Below are positions 1-14,849 of a stretch of DNA of 64,000 bases, in pieces. The stretch spans positions 250,425,741 through 250,489,740 of the forward strand of contig CM041465.1 of NCBI GenBank assembly GCA_023213395.1. Reading direction: 5' to 3'. A model generated the notes under the pieces. The model was not told the DNA's origin. It did no database searches and saw only the letters and a list, made by a program, of their open reading frames with translations. The DNA comes from Cycas panzhihuaensis (taxonomy: Eukaryota > Plantae > Cycadophyta). Made by a program: the position numbers and the translations under genes. Position 1 is the stretch's first letter. Every line of letters starts with the position of its first letter.

Positions 1-2291
1 TAGAGCATGAGATCATCCTTACAATTGGAGACGTGAGGCCAGGCATCACTGTAGACTTGTTACGTGAGACTGTCACAAAAGAACAATGCACAATACCCAC
101 AGTGAGGATTTACGATGCTGGCAAGGTTTTGGCATAGTGGTGCACTTATCACGATCTAGCAACGCAGCGATATGTTTGCAATGGCAACCGAAGGAAAAAG
201 TAAAATTTTACCATTTTTTTTTTTCAATTTTAATTAGATCTGAGCTTTAGTTGAAATCTTCTTCAACTCAACTAGCCACAGTTCGCGCAGGGCGTGACAT
301 GATGATTTTTCCCTGACTAGGGGCTAAGCCCTAAAAGGGATTAACAAAAATATTTTTTATTAATTTTCTTTTAGAAAAGGTACTCATACGGTTTCATCCA
401 TAACTCCTATTACATGTGTTACATTTTAGATCCACCTAAACCATTGAAAGTTTAGTTCAAGAATGATTTTTTTTTTTTTTTTTTTTTGGGATATCTAGAG
501 GAGAATCTCTAACCACCCTTGGTACAAAGTTCCAAAGGAAGAGGGACCTCCAAGATCTAGGTTCATACCATCATCCACCCAATCCTATGAGGCTAGTTCA
601 ACGATGATTTATTTGAATGGTTAAATAATATAATTCTAATCAATCCTTAGTATAGATTTTAATCCATGAAGTTGTACTTCTTGTGGAGTAAGAGGAAAAA
701 TGGATGCCCTCACAAAAGAAATGATACGTTTAACGTGAAAATTCATAGATATCCAAGAATTCTCCCTTAGAGGAAGCATGATGGCTATACAATGGCTTTA
801 ATGTGTTCACGCATACTATGGATTCACCAAATATAAAGTTTAAAATTTATAAACTATGTGTTTAATAATTCTTGGTAAGAGAAGCCCTTGATTGGTTTAT
901 TAATTGGTTTAGCGGTAGTAGATCAATAATACCCTATAATTGGTTTTGGCTTCAAGCTTCCTTCTAAGTAGCCATTAATTGATGGAAGCAAGCGTACAAA
1001 GAATTTGAAGAGGCCAAAGAAGCAAAGCAAGTAGATGAACTGGCAAAAGAAGAAGAAGAATAGACCATTGATAAGGAACCCCTACAAAAATATAAAGCAA
1101 AACCAATTCAAAGGGAACAACATGGTAAGGCTAAAGACACAAACCATATAAAGATGATAACAAATCATTTGGTAGAATAATGTAATAAGATTCTAGTTGA
1201 GACCAAGGACAAGTCTGAAGAAAGACCTACGTAGGATTTAAAGAGATCTAAACAACCAAGCAAATCCCACAAGGTACTTGACATGGTTCTTAAGCATGTT
1301 TTGCATATGCATATTTTATTTGTCCTCTCTCATTTCCATGCTTAATAGTTATAGAGAAACTAGTGTCCTCTTATCTAATAACTGTCCAAACTCCTAAACC
1401 CTTTAACTTTGGATTTTTCATAAGTCAAATCCTAACCCTTCTTCACAACCCTAGATCAATTCTCTACTTACATATTCCATCATCCCTTAGAGGCTCTCCT
1501 TAGTTGGATGTTTAGATCATCTCATCCTCCCTTCACTATGTTTCATCTCTTAGTACAATGATTACTTCTCATAAAACTCATCTTGTTTATCTTAACCTCT
1601 TATACTTCTATACCAAACACTATTTTTTTCTATTAAGTTCTTCATATAGTTTTACCCTTGATTTTGAACCCTCATTAAAATCTTTTTCCCATAAAGAGTG
1701 TCTATCCCTAGTCCCACATTTATCTTTTTTCCAAAAAAACTCTAGTGGTCTAACTAACACTTTACTAATCCCAACCTCTATTAGAATCAATTTCCAATCT
1801 TCATCTATTTCTCACTGTATATCTATTTTACCTTTATTTCAAATGTTTTTAAATCTATTGTTGATCACCTCATTGAACCCCAGTTCTCCCACTCTTTCTT
1901 ATGTTATGCAATCACCAATGTATGATCATTATGATCAATTCTTTTCTAGACTCCTAAAACTACATCTTGTATACAAATCTCTCAGTATTCTCGCCATCTC
2001 TTGTCCTCTAAGAAATGCCATTTAAGGATAAAATGTACAATCACAAAACAATATCAAGGCCAAACATTAGTTGCACCACACAAGTTCAAGGATCTCTTCA
2101 TATAAGACAAGATACAACATGTGCATGTTCCCAAGAATAAGCATCTATAAATTCAAGTGAGACATAAGATTAGATCCAATTTTTATGACATACATGATTT
2201 AGCATGTAGCAAATGGAAGAATTAGTTAAAGCAATACCAAATAGCTCCACATGCAACCACCTATACTTCAAGGGTGAAGTATTTCAATGAT

Positions 2292-3120
2292 GGGGGAGTT
2301 GTTACATTCCTAATGAAGAAGTTGGTTTTTTTAACGAAGTCGGTATTTTTAGGAGGATAATCATTACATTCTTAATTTAAGGGAAGTCAATAGTTTTAGA
2401 GAGAATTAGAAAGCTAATTTTTTAAAAGAGAAAGTAAGGCTATCAATAAAAGAGTCCTATTTATTTGTAAGCATCTTAGAGAATTTAATATTTTATGGGA
2501 TTGATAGCCTAGTGCTAATAGGGCATGTTGTGCTAAGTAGGAGGACACCCTTACCTCAAAGAGGGTATTAATATCTACTAGAGTTTTCTCTATTATGATT
2601 ATTTATACTACTATTATAATATTAGATTACAGCTGCAATTCATAATATTATTTTGTGGATGAGTTATTTTTGTTATATAGTGGAATTCTACTATGATGAA
2701 GATGATAATAGGACGTATGCATGTTGAATTACTATTATTTGGAGATTTCTACTATGATTAGTATAATTTCTATTATATGTATATGGGTATTGCTATATAT
2801 TTAAGAAGTAAATAACTACAATATAATATAATAATTTGATATGTATATCTTAGAGAATATGTCTTTACATAGATGGCTATAATATATATTGTTACAAGTC
2901 TATCATACTTTACCTTCTTATGCATTCATAACAAGTTGGCTTATGGGAATAGTAATTATAGTTAGTTATTATTGTTATTGTATTAATCCATGTAATTAAT
3001 TATATTTTAGATTTTTTATTATAAAGTGTTTACAAGGGAAGAAATTATTGTTGGTTTCTATAAATAAGTAGCTAACTTAGTTTGAAGGATTCAATTCAAT
3101 ATATTCCTATTTGATATTAC
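2292..3120 (+). mobile_element. Possible degenerate 3' LTR preceded by a polypurine tract (old LTR-retrotransposon remnant)
   Basis: GGGGGAG at 2292-2298 followed by TGTTACA. AT-rich LTR-like sequence follows. Right boundary uncertain and no partner LTR found. Confidence 0.3.
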
Positions 3121-3164
3121 AGTAAACACTAAGAACTTTGTTAATATTAGGCCACCTCTTATAA

Positions 3165-6100
3165 TGTATATACTAGACCTAATTCCAAATATTCAACATA
3201 AAATAACAAATCATATATACAAATAATATTCAACAGATCAAACATAGTAAAAGTCGCAATTGCCAGGTATTAAAGTGCTTAATTCTAATATTAATCTATT
3301 GTAAAAATAAGTCATACATAATGAGTTAGGGGCCTCATCTATTTATAGGTGCCAAAATAAACACTTCAAAAAATTAACTTCATAATAATTAAAAGTGTTG
3401 ACTTCATTATTAATTTAATACTAATAATTATTTAGGATTATTATAATCCTTCCCTCTTTCAGAAAATACTTCTTCTTCAAAGTATCATTATTTGTTACAC
3501 CAATGATGAATTGCATGTAGATATAAAATATTCTTCTTCCTTAAGAGATGTTACCCACAACTGTGGAAGAGGTAATATGTATATATAGTCCATCACTTGC
3601 TAAGGCCAAAGGCATTTGGTCCACCTTTATGTCGTCTCCTTGAAGCAACCCATACACATCCTTTTCTTGTATATGATAATGCCCTGTTTAGGATGGATTT
3701 TATATGAGACCTTACACTTGGACAATCATGGACTTGTGTATTCTGAATCCAACTTTCTTTAGGTCTTGTATTCTATTCACCTATTTAGTCCATTTGAAGT
3801 TATTCATGAAGGGGAAATGAGGGAATGCAAAGGAAAGATGTGGATTATGAAAATAGTTTTAGAAAAGGTAACCCAAGAAATTTAGAGAACAAGGAGTTAG
3901 ATGGTCATAGTAGTGTGGTGAGTATGGTTGGGGATTGACCCATGAGTGATATGGAAGATTCATAGGAAGGTGATGAGAGATATAAGTTGGGGAATAACAT
4001 GGATACATATGATTGACATGAAGTATGTATGATAGACATGTAAGTGGTGAAGGCTGAGTGGAGAAATTTAGATTATAGGTAAGGTAAGGGAGGATGGTTG
4101 AGAGAGGCAACTATGTAGAGGATAAAGGCGAAAGTGGCATTAGATATAAATGAGAGATATTAGAGGGTAAATTAGAAGGTGTTATGAAGGTATGGTGGAT
4201 GGAGGGTGGAAGAACTATTACAATAAAGGAAATGGATGCTAGAGATTAGGTTTGAAGAGGGGGTGATGAAGAAGATAAAAAACATCTTATAAGCATGGGA
4301 AGGAAGGACAAAATCAATTGGTGTTAAAAGGTTAGTGAGGGTATGGGATAAGAGTGATATAAGGTGCAATTGAAATTTAGAAACAACACATGCATGGAGG
4401 CTAAATAGAAGAGATAAATTGTGAGGGTTAATTAGCATAATGAAGGTTTTATATGGGTATGTATCAAGTAAAAGGATATGGCAAATAAGAAGGAAAGAGG
4501 AAAATAATGATTTATATTAGGGGGACAATTATAGTGTAATATATATGAGGAATTGATTGGGGAATGGGATATATGACTAGATAAGGAATAAATAACAAGG
4601 ATTTATGGGTAATGATGATAATGGTATGCAAAATGAAAGGCAAACAAGTTTAGATCTATGAGTAAGCTTAGGGCATGATGGGTTTATAGGAAATTAGTAA
4701 GGGATAAGGGTTGGGCATTCTTTATAGGAAAGAGATTTTGACAGGGTCATGTAAAAGCAATATATAGAATAATGTAAGAGGCTAAGTGAAACAAATGAGG
4801 AGGAAAAATCGTCGATGATAAGGTGAGTTAGGATATGGAAGGGAAAAAGTCAATGATTCATAGAAGGGGTGTACATTGATAGAACTAGGGGATGGAACTT
4901 ATTGAAAGGAGAGTGGAAGATGAGGAACATGGGGACAGTTATAAAGAGTTTTCCTAGGAAATGAGACATAATGATGTATCTTAAGTAGAACAACAAATTG
5001 GTTGGCTACTAGGATATGGGATTTGAAATATTTAAGTTTTAATTTGCTTATAAGATCTTGTCAAATAAGGGGTGAGGGATTTTTCAAGGCTATAAAACTT
5101 GGGAACTTAAAATGATGAAGGAATCTATTAAAAGAAATTAACAAGTACAAAACAAGATTAGAATCTAAAATGCATACTCTCTTAAATTCCTCTTCAGGTT
5201 CCTTACTAGTGGATGCTACTTTATCTGCTTCTTGTATGTCATTTGAATTTTTATTGTGTTACTTACAAAAAGACTCCTTATTAAGTTACTCAATTATCTC
5301 TTCCTCATTTTCTTCATAATCCTTTACCTTTTCATGTATCCTATCCAATCTAGTAATCAATTCTTGTAACTTATTTTATATTCACGAGAGGGCTTCCTAT
5401 TGGTTTTTGTTCCTTTTTTATCTTGGCATGTTTTCTTAAAACTCATAAAATCATAAACAATATAAATCTACCAGTGTTCATCATGCCACCTTCTAATCTC
5501 TTTATCAAAGAATATGAGAAAACAACTCAAAAATCTTTTCCATTGACTTACAAATAATGTATTTGATGTCCACTCATGAGTCTTATCATCTAAATATAGC
5601 TTAATACTTAGATTGAATTCTCTTTTTAATGCTTGGGGTTTGATTTCAAGGTACACCTTGATCTTATATACCTATTATATGGGTTGCACTTCTTCATTCT
5701 CAATGGAAATAGAAATATCCATTTTAAATATAAATATTTGCCTAAAATTTATTAAAATAATTACTTTTTAAGAAATAAATTTTTTAAAAAAATCTTAAAA
5801 TTTACAAAAAAAATAAAGGTAAAATAGATTTGCATCACAATAATTAAAGTATCTTTTATTTTAACCATAAAAACCAAATGAAACCCTCCTTAATATAAAT
5901 GTAATAAAAAAATGTTTTTAATAAATTTGATTTGAGATTACTTGGAGACTTGTAGCTTATGAAATTACTTTTTAAAATTGACTAAAATTTAGGGTTTTAG
6001 GAACAATAATAGTCTCTATTACTAAAATGATAATCATTTTTTTATCATAATATCTAATTGAATTGAAAACTCCAACAAAAGTAGACTTCAAGGCATACCT

Positions 6101-6585
6101 ATTAAAAGAACATTTGAGGTCAATCAAATACCTATAGCCCCTATTACAGTCATTTGAAATTGCAATAACAAATTTCTTGCCTTATAGAGGTGGCATATAT
6201 TGGACCAAGATTCAAAACCTCATAGCTTTCGTAATTCTACTCCAAAGTGTGCAGCATAACAATGCAAAATGTATGACATAGGTTTGGTCATTTTAAATCT
6301 ACAGTATTTTTTTTCAATTAGTTGTTTGCACCTCCAAAATTATAGATATTTATTAAAACCTTAATTGGCCAAAATCAAGATCTAATACCAATGTGGTAGA
6401 CCCAATTTTAAATATTCAACAAAAAATAATAAATCACATTAACAAATAATATTCAATAGATTAGATACAATAAAAGGCACAATTTATAGGCATCAAAGTG
6501 ATTGATTTTAATATTAATCCATTATAAAAATAAATCAATAAATCATACATAATGCGTTTGGGGCCTCCCCTATTTATAAGTGCTT
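3165..6585 (-). mobile_element. Old non-autonomous LTR element (diverged LTR pair, no recognisable pol)
   Basis: Diverged direct repeats ~3165-3446 and ~6392-6585 (tagacc..aaatattcaaca..aaataatattcaa..tcatacataatg..ggggcctc..ctatttata). On the minus strand, tRNA-Met-like PBS TGGTATTAGA (6381-6390) abuts the right copy and a purine tract (3448-3460) abuts the left copy. Confidence 0.6.
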
Positions 6586-9521
6586 ATTAGCCTGAATTTT
6601 TATACTCCACCAAACGGAGTTTTATATAAGAAATGATAAGATTGATCTATGAGATGTTCTCCAACTAAATATGTAAAAATATAACATAACTTAAATCACA
6701 TCTACTCATGAATAGGAATATTTACATGTCAAAAAGAAGAAAATAATAAAAATGGATATTTATAGTCAACACACCATGATTTTCCATCAAACATAAATAA
6801 GATGAGAGTTTTAGATGATGAAAGGCTAAAATGGAAGCAACATATAATAACTACAATTAACAAGAAGAGAAAAGGGGGAAGTAAAGCATTGACAATTACC
6901 ACAAAATCATGCATATTCTTCCATCAAATAGTTATAACAAGTTAAATGAAAGCTTGCTTCATAACTAGATGAAATGTACAAGTGAGCAAGGGTGGATATA
7001 ACTAGCATTATTGCTTGTAATACACCAAAATTATTAAATACATAACCATATACAAATTGAACTATATGTATTAGAAAACTTTGTTCTAACTAATGGCCTC
7101 TCTCCCTAGGCTAATTCTCTCCATTGTGGAAATTTTCCTTCTTTTAATAGCCCCAAAAACTGGGAGTTGATTGTTACGCTATACCCACAACATCTATCCC
7201 AATGGTCTTGTATTGTCCCTATTTCATTTTTTAGCTCTTTAAGTACTTCTTTCCTAATTAGAAGTACAAGTGTATTTAATACATTAAGGTGCGGCCTTGC
7301 TTTTATAACTCTCCAAGACTTGAATAACACAAAAATCTTTTGTTATAAGAAAAATGGAGGTATTTAAAGAACATAACCTTTTGAACTCTAAGCTCGCAGC
7401 TCATGACTCATTATCTTGTAAGAATTTCCATAACATTATTTCTTAATTTTGCAAGATACGAGTTGCGGTCCTTCATTTTCTTACTTTTCTTTCTATTTTC
7501 ATTTCTATGACTTTGCATGAGAGCATTTGGAAAGAAAATTTCTTGTCCATCTAATGGTACCTTTTTCCTTTACCAATCCTCACTCACACTCATACTTCTT
7601 GATTATTTCCTATGAATCTTTTCCTTGATCTTACAAGATGAAGGATGCAAGCTTCATGATATTTCTTATTCACGCCCACAACTCACAGTTGGATAAATGT
7701 TGTAACAGGCTAGAGAAATACAAGATGCAAGTTTTCAAATACCCCCCAAGTTGAATGGTCTTAGGTCATAATGAAACACTCGTGCTCATGAATCATATAC
7801 GAACAATGATTCTTTTACCTTTTTGGTCACAATGTGGGAGATGCAAGACTTGTGCCTTTAATTCTTTTATGTCACACCTCACATTTCGCATCAAATGGAA
7901 AATATTTGCTCACCTCACTTTCACGAGTTACAAGGCATAAGATATATGGTGCCAAAACTCAAGGTGCTTCCTTTCTTGACCAACCTCATACTCACAACTC
8001 GTAGTCACACAAATGCAATGTGATTGCCATAAATCTGTGAGATGCAAGTCATGAGTATCTAAAATGTTTCTAAGTGGAGTAGGAATAAACTTGCTCTGGT
8101 GACTTGCATTAGAACTATATTTCATTCCCTTCTTCATTTGGTGAGATGTAAGATGGGACTTTAATGTCTTTTAATTCTTCTATCTCACATCTTATGTCTT
8201 GCAATAAAACAAAAAACGTGTTTGTTTTTACTTCATTTTCATGAGTTGCAAAATGCAAGATGTATGATGTTGAATTTTTCTAAGTCTACTTGCTACCTCT
8301 TATAATTCTTTGATGCCTTTTTTGTAAAAGTGATTTTGATGCCCATGATCTAACAAAACATATTACTAGCTTCCTTCTCCTTGATGATTATGACTCAATC
8401 ATCTCCAAGACTCTATGGGGTGCTTAACTTAATATTTAACATCACTCAACTTCTATCAAGGCCATTCACTTACTCATCAATGTGAAACCTAAACTCATGT
8501 CAAACCATTCTACAACTACTTTAGCATCTCAATTTAGTCTCCTATTACCTTCATCAAAATCTTGTTTAGATCAATTTTGTATTATGAAGATAATCACCAA
8601 ACAAATATGTATTGAGTGATAAAATAAAAATTCCTATATGTATCCTTCATTAGGTAACACTTACACTCCTTATTACACTTCACAGTTATAAGAATGAAAC
8701 TATTCATGTTTTTTTTCTTCTTTTTCCTTTTCTTTTTATTTATGTTTTTAGTTATAAAACTATGTACACAAAATGTATATCATAAGTGATTATGTTTATA
8801 CAATCATGTTGCTTCCACGTAACCTTGGTCACTTGCTTGGTTTTAAATTCACTATTAAGTGGAGGCCAACTTCTAGTATTATAGTACAAAATGCTTGATA
8901 AAAACTTTTCTTCCAATACACAAGCACACAATGATAATCACAATAATGAAAGCCATACTACAACTAAAATTTACTAGTACTCCATTTGAATGGCAAGCTA
9001 AGTCATACTCAATCCAAGCCTGTCTGAAAAGAAAAAGCAATTCCAAGGCTACTTCCTAAGTTGTTATTAGAAATTAATGGTTTGAACTAGGCTTATTATA
9101 ACTATCACTAAGAGCCTCTTTTTCCATAGAATTTTTGGAATGTCTAGCGTTTGAAGTTGGAACATTGCACCATGTAATATTTGGATTAGTAAGCAAACTT
9201 GAGTTTTCATGAGAACTGCCTAATTCTCAACGATGGAAAATTTGATAACTTATAACAATATTCTCAAATACATCCTTGAGACCTTGCTTCATGTCAGATG
9301 CACCATTTATCATTTCCTCCTGATCATAACCTCTTTATACTAGTGTCTTCATCTCACCTAGTAACCTTGCCATCCAACCTTATTCTTTAGTCTCCAACTC
9401 ATATGTAGCCTTTAACAGACTTGCTACCACATCTGCCTTGGCTAGATTCAGTTGTGCTACATCTTCAAGGTTACTTCCCAAGCATGTTTTGGTACTATCC
9501 CATTTTTCTTTAGTGCATGCG

Positions 9522-10800
9522 TTATTGATATAGATATTCTTGGGTTTTTTCTAGTAACAAACTCTTCTTTAAAGTTATCTTTGAAACCTCGTGTACAATT
9601 GATTCGGACTTTGAAGAATCATTAATATCAAACAAAGTTTCCAAAGATATTATACCTTTAGGAATTGTGCTTGATTTTAGACATACAATACCTCTTTCAT
9701 CCATGATAGAAACTAGGTCATCTCGATGTGATGAAGCATGGGATCCCTTAACATGTTGATCAATGAATTCTTCTTGAAGAAAACACACAATCTAACTATC
9801 ATCTTCAAACACATTCTAATAATCAACAATGTTGTAAGTGGATGCTCTAAGAATTATCTCAATTGTTTTATGCCTTTGATCAATTGACCCATCTCTAGAA
9901 GAGAAGTAACAACTGTTAATAAATTAATAAGTTAATTATCTTCCCTTAGAACATGTGAAATGGAGAAGGCTTTGAACTCTTCAATCATCTCAATGGCTTT
10001 CTCCTTATAACTCCCTAGTCTTTTTGCACTTCACTAAGCATAAGGATTTGGCTTCATTCATAATCAATTAAAGGTCTTTAAATCTTAATCAAGTTTGCAT
10101 TTAACTCTTTGGCTTCACTCAATCCCCAAATCAAGGTCTCGTACTCAGTTATATCGTTGGTGCATTTAAATAAAAACTTCAAAGAAAAAAGTTTCACTGG
10201 GGAGAGCTTAAAACAATACCAACACTAGCTCTTGCCTTTGACTTGGCTCTATTGAATTATAGTGCCCAAGGATAATTGTCATCATCACACTATGAACAAA
10301 CTACCTCTTCTTCCTTTGTTGGTAGACAATCTTGGGAATCATTGAAAATTATATAGGTTCCCAATCTTGCCTATTCAAGCGAACAATCTAGGGAAACTTC
10401 TCTAAAGTGGTCAATGTGTCTCCTAAATTGATCTTCCCTTGAGATGGATCAAATCTTTGCCCACTTGGAATGTGACGTAAGACACATGGATATTAGGAAT
10501 TGCTCTAGTGTTGATGGCCCATTTCCTACACATGACCCTGCCATAAAGAGGCTTCATATTAACAACCATTATATTGATAACTACCATTACCCTTGAATCC
10601 TCAGACATTATGGATAGACTTCATACAATATAGGTTTAAAGATTTTATAACAACATACGACATTAATTTTTGAACAACTCCTATATCCACTATGAAATTA
10701 TGTAAGATGTACCTATAAAAAATTTTGAGTGAGATGTAAAAGGGCCCAAGATTAGATGAAATTAGAATGTGTAGACTCTCAACCATTGATGGCATCTCAA
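9522..10800 (-). mobile_element. Degenerate Tat-clade Ty3/Gypsy fragment: protease followed directly by archaeal-type RNase H
   Basis: Minus-strand peptides PFYISL..LHNFIVDIG (protease), FSLKFLFKCTNDITEYETLIWGL (aRH-like, ~10100-10200) and IPKGIISLETLFDIND (linker). Many stops and frameshifts. Confidence 0.65.
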
Positions 10801-11273
10801 CATGAGCCTTTCAAACTAGGGCCTTGAGAAACTAATCCTCATTTTTCAAAATATTTATTATTTTAGCACTTTGATTAGGGAAGGTAAGGACCTAGGCAAT
10901 GTTAATATTGAGTTGAAAGTGTGCTAGATCCTTCATGATATTATATTCCTCAAAAAGCTTATTGGAAGAAGCACCAACACTATGAGGGAACATCAAGCCT
11001 TGTGAGAAATTCCTCATAGCAATATTCTTTAAAAAATTTCTAATGTGAATTCCTCTAGTATTGCCTCTTTAAGGGAACACATTTGTTTAATTTCTAGAAT
11101 CCACAACATTTAGGCCTCCTTAGCAAGAAGTTTGAGCACTTTGGATGGTCTGTGCCCTTGCAACGATAGTTATTCCATCATATGACCATTTTGAGTCCTC
11201 CTTATCAAGGAAAACCACTAATAAGGAAAATGTAGTAATCTACCAAGAATTACTAATTATTAATCTAAAGCCT

Positions 11274-12330
11274 TTAGTGCTTGATCTCACCATGGCATGT
11301 TAAGACCCATTCTCTTATAAGTATGATGTTGAAACCCTTTTTCTTTGCATATAACCCTAGTCTCCTGCTAACTTGAATATTGATGAAATTATGAGTACTG
11401 CTAAGATCGATAAGGATCATAACTTTTTCTTTTTTGAGGTAGCCAAAGTTCCTAATGGTGTTTGAATGCTGAACTCCAGACATGGTAGATTGAGAAATCT
11501 AAAGTTGGACATCATCTAATTCCATCGTATGTAATGGTCGTTTGATTGTTGCTTGCCATAGTCTCTTTAAGGTTCTTCATCATTGCTCTTAATGTTAACC
11601 CTTATATAAATTTTTTGCTACACACTAATGTCTTTTGCTTCATGTTTCTTAACAAATGGTGAGGTCCTTTCCCTTAGTTTTCTTTATTTCCCTTACCTTT
11701 TGTGTTGCATCAAGAGCTCCACTAATATTATTAAAATTTTCACTCTGGCAACTCTAAAAAACTTGGTTGCTTAGTGATGTAGGCTTGTATTCTAGTCTTT
11801 GATCTCTTAGTGGTACCACATTGGACCAACTCTAAGTAATATGATTTTTGGATTCAATTTGACTTGCCAAGTTGATTACTTCATCTAATCTATTTGGCTT
11901 GAAATAACGAACCTTAGCTCAAATCTTGGATCATAAATTACTGATATAGAGTGCGAAAGTATCAATAGAAGTGGTACCTATCTTTAAGTAGGGTTTCTCA
12001 AACTCTTATGTGAACTACTTGACTAATCGTTCCCCTTGGAAGTAGTCTGCTAGTTGGATGCGATATGGGTCACTCCACTAATCCTCAATGCATCTCTAAA
12101 AGCTCCAATAAAGTATTTCAATTGGGTTGTCTTTCATTCCCCTTTCTATAATATTTCCTACTAATATATAGATCCCATCAAATGACCTATGGTTAAGTTG
12201 ATTTACTCGAGTGTCACTAATGTGGAGTGAGTCAATGGCAATTTCTACTTTTGCTAGCCATTCGACTACTTTAATATGTGCATCTTGTGAGTAGATTGGT
12301 ACATTGATATTGTGGTGAAACACTAATGGT
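11274..12330 (-). mobile_element. Degenerate chromovirus-like Ty3/Gypsy gag-protease fragment
   Basis: ORF 11274-11483 VMILIDLSSTHNFIN matches the retroviral-type protease motif LIDSGSTHNFI. Gag-like remnants lie upstream. Confidence 0.6.
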
Positions 12331-12621
12331 TGATAGTCTTCGTACCTCTTATGATATTTTCAATCTTCATCCATTTTTTAAACTTCCTCTTTAGTGTTAT
12401 TACTAGAGTCTTTCGAACCTTTTCCATCAAAATCTTTCTTTGAAATTATGTTCTAATGTTTGTTTAATGCTATACATGTTAGTAGTCAATTCGTTGAGTG
12501 TTTCAATGATGCTTACTCATTGTTGTTGGGATTTGTCTCTATATTAGTAGTCAATTTGTTGAGCGTTTCAATGATACTTACCCATTGTTGTTGGATTTTG
12601 TCTCTATATTTGTCTACAAAT

Positions 12622-13108
12622 CCTCTACCATATAATGTTACTCTTATTATAATTATCCCACATGCATAAGTCCAAGAAATGGACAACCTTAATAGCCCTA
12701 TATATATATATATATATATGTAAGGTATGAGTGGGATAACCATACCAATTATTATAGACCTAATCTTATAACCAATCAAGATAGAGAAATAGGAAGAGAA
12801 AATGATAGACAAAAGACAAAGAAAGAAATGAAATTCCAAAGAACATTAAATAACATAAGATTACAAATAATTTTTACGAACATAATCTTGTAACCAATCA
12901 AGATAGAGAAATAGGAAAAGAAAATGATAGGCAGAAAACAAAGAAGGAGATGAAATTCAAAGAACATTCATTAATATTAGATTACAAATACTCAATGATG
13001 ATTCCACTCATACCTTACATACATATATATAAGGCTATTAAGGCTACCAATCTTTTGGACTTATGCATGTGGGATAATTATAATAAGAATAGTTTCATAT
13101 GGTGGAGA
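12622..13108. repeat. ~110-bp inverted repeat enclosing a ~110-bp direct duplication (rearranged LTR)
   Basis: Arms ~12622-12737 and ~13001-13108 (ttattataattatcccacatgcataagtcca..gtaaggtatgagtgg and its reverse complement). Direct copies ~12761-12869 and ~12883-12990. Confidence 0.85.
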
Positions 13109-14849
13109 ATCATAACACATAGTACATAGTCACTTCATAGTTGTCCAATCACATGAGAGAATGCTTATATCCACTAATATGATAAATACATGAATATATG
13201 TGCACCACTTTGTACATAACTTAATAACCTAATTTAATATTTCATAAGAGAATTAAGGGGACACCTTAACATTAACATTAACCCATTAAACATTATTTCT
13301 AACAGCCTATATAATGTTTAATTACATAACTTAAATGTCACATCAACACAACAAGGATAGCACCCATTCATAAGGCAGGAATCATCTATCTTGTCCAAAT
13401 AAAACATGCACCGTTTGCCTTCTCCTAATATGCTAGATAGTATAGAGCACATTTCCACCTTGTACAAGTTGTATCTAGCAGTTACACACCAACCAATTTT
13501 TACTAACATCTATATAAAATAAGCTCCATCTATTTGACTACATGGGTAACCAACTGCTAGTTCTGTAAAAAAACTCCTTTAGGCACATAGTTTTGCCAAC
13601 ACCAACTATTCCGAGAACAAGTTGAACTACTTGACTAGCCAAATTAGTTGAATGCAACGATAGCAAATAGGTCCCACCTCATGCCAAATGGGACTTAACA
13701 ACTTCTCTTCCTAAAGCCTCAAATGACTTCCCTTTTTAATAACAACACACTGTAGACCTGCTCTCAACAACATACAACCATCCAATCCAAGGCTTACAAA
13801 GATCAACAATCGTCACACACATGATATGACCTAACAAATGCATCAATAATCCTCTTTCATATAACATTTTAAACAATGTGGGTTCTCTAGACCTTAAAAA
13901 ATTAGAACCTATAAACCAAGCTTACTATTTTATGCAAAAGGAATCCCCTTTTTCAATGACTTAGAATATAAACACTAATTTCATCGATTAAGATCAATTT
14001 GATGGAAAACTCAAAGGGGGTCATGTAACTATCCATTTCGACCGTGAACGAATCCAACACATTTGATAGCACTCAAATCTGGCATTCTGGCGAAAACTTA
14101 TCGAAGAAATACTACCAGTAGGTTATCAAAAAAAGAAAATTGAGCAAAAAAATAAAAATAAGCCCTTTTTATTTTTAGCCCTTGGCCACATATTAATCTC
14201 CATATGACCATGGTTTAACCTCTTGGGTGCTTATGAGTAGACTCCAAAGAACATTCTAATTTTCTTTAATTTTAAAAAATATTAGAAAAACATATATACT
14301 ATGATAAAAAATTTACATTGTAATTGCGCACATCTAGTCAATGGCAACAATGATTAAAACGATGAATCAATCAAAATAATGAATCAGAACTAAAATTTGA
14401 TCGATTGATGGTCATGGCTCTATTGGGACATTAAAAAAAATCACATTATTTGATAGCTATATTTTTGCATGATATGCATAGGGCAGATTATTCCTGGGCG
14501 ATTTCTTCACCATGGGTGATGATATCTTAGGCTTCAACAGAAAATAATAATGGTAATGCTCAACTTTGCAATAATGCCATAAAGAATGCCACAGTGAATT
14601 CGCTTAAATCATAGAGCAACATAATCTAAGGAACAATTCTTATCACACAAATAATTATACACATACACTATTCATTCACAAAAAAATGCAGACTTCACAA
14701 ATCTAAGGAAGCACGCCCAAAATTCATTGTCACTTGCTTGTAAACGAGTTCCCCATACGGATGATGGGACAATTCATTCTCTTTCCTGTGCATTTGCTAT
14801 TTCATATGTACTTCGTATGTCGATTAAGTAATTATTAGGCCTTCTCTAC

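Noticed and set aside
1558-2025. 155-aa ORF, and similar L/S/F-rich ORFs at 3859-4438
   Set aside because: Products of pyrimidine-skewed decayed TE sequence with no recognisable domain.
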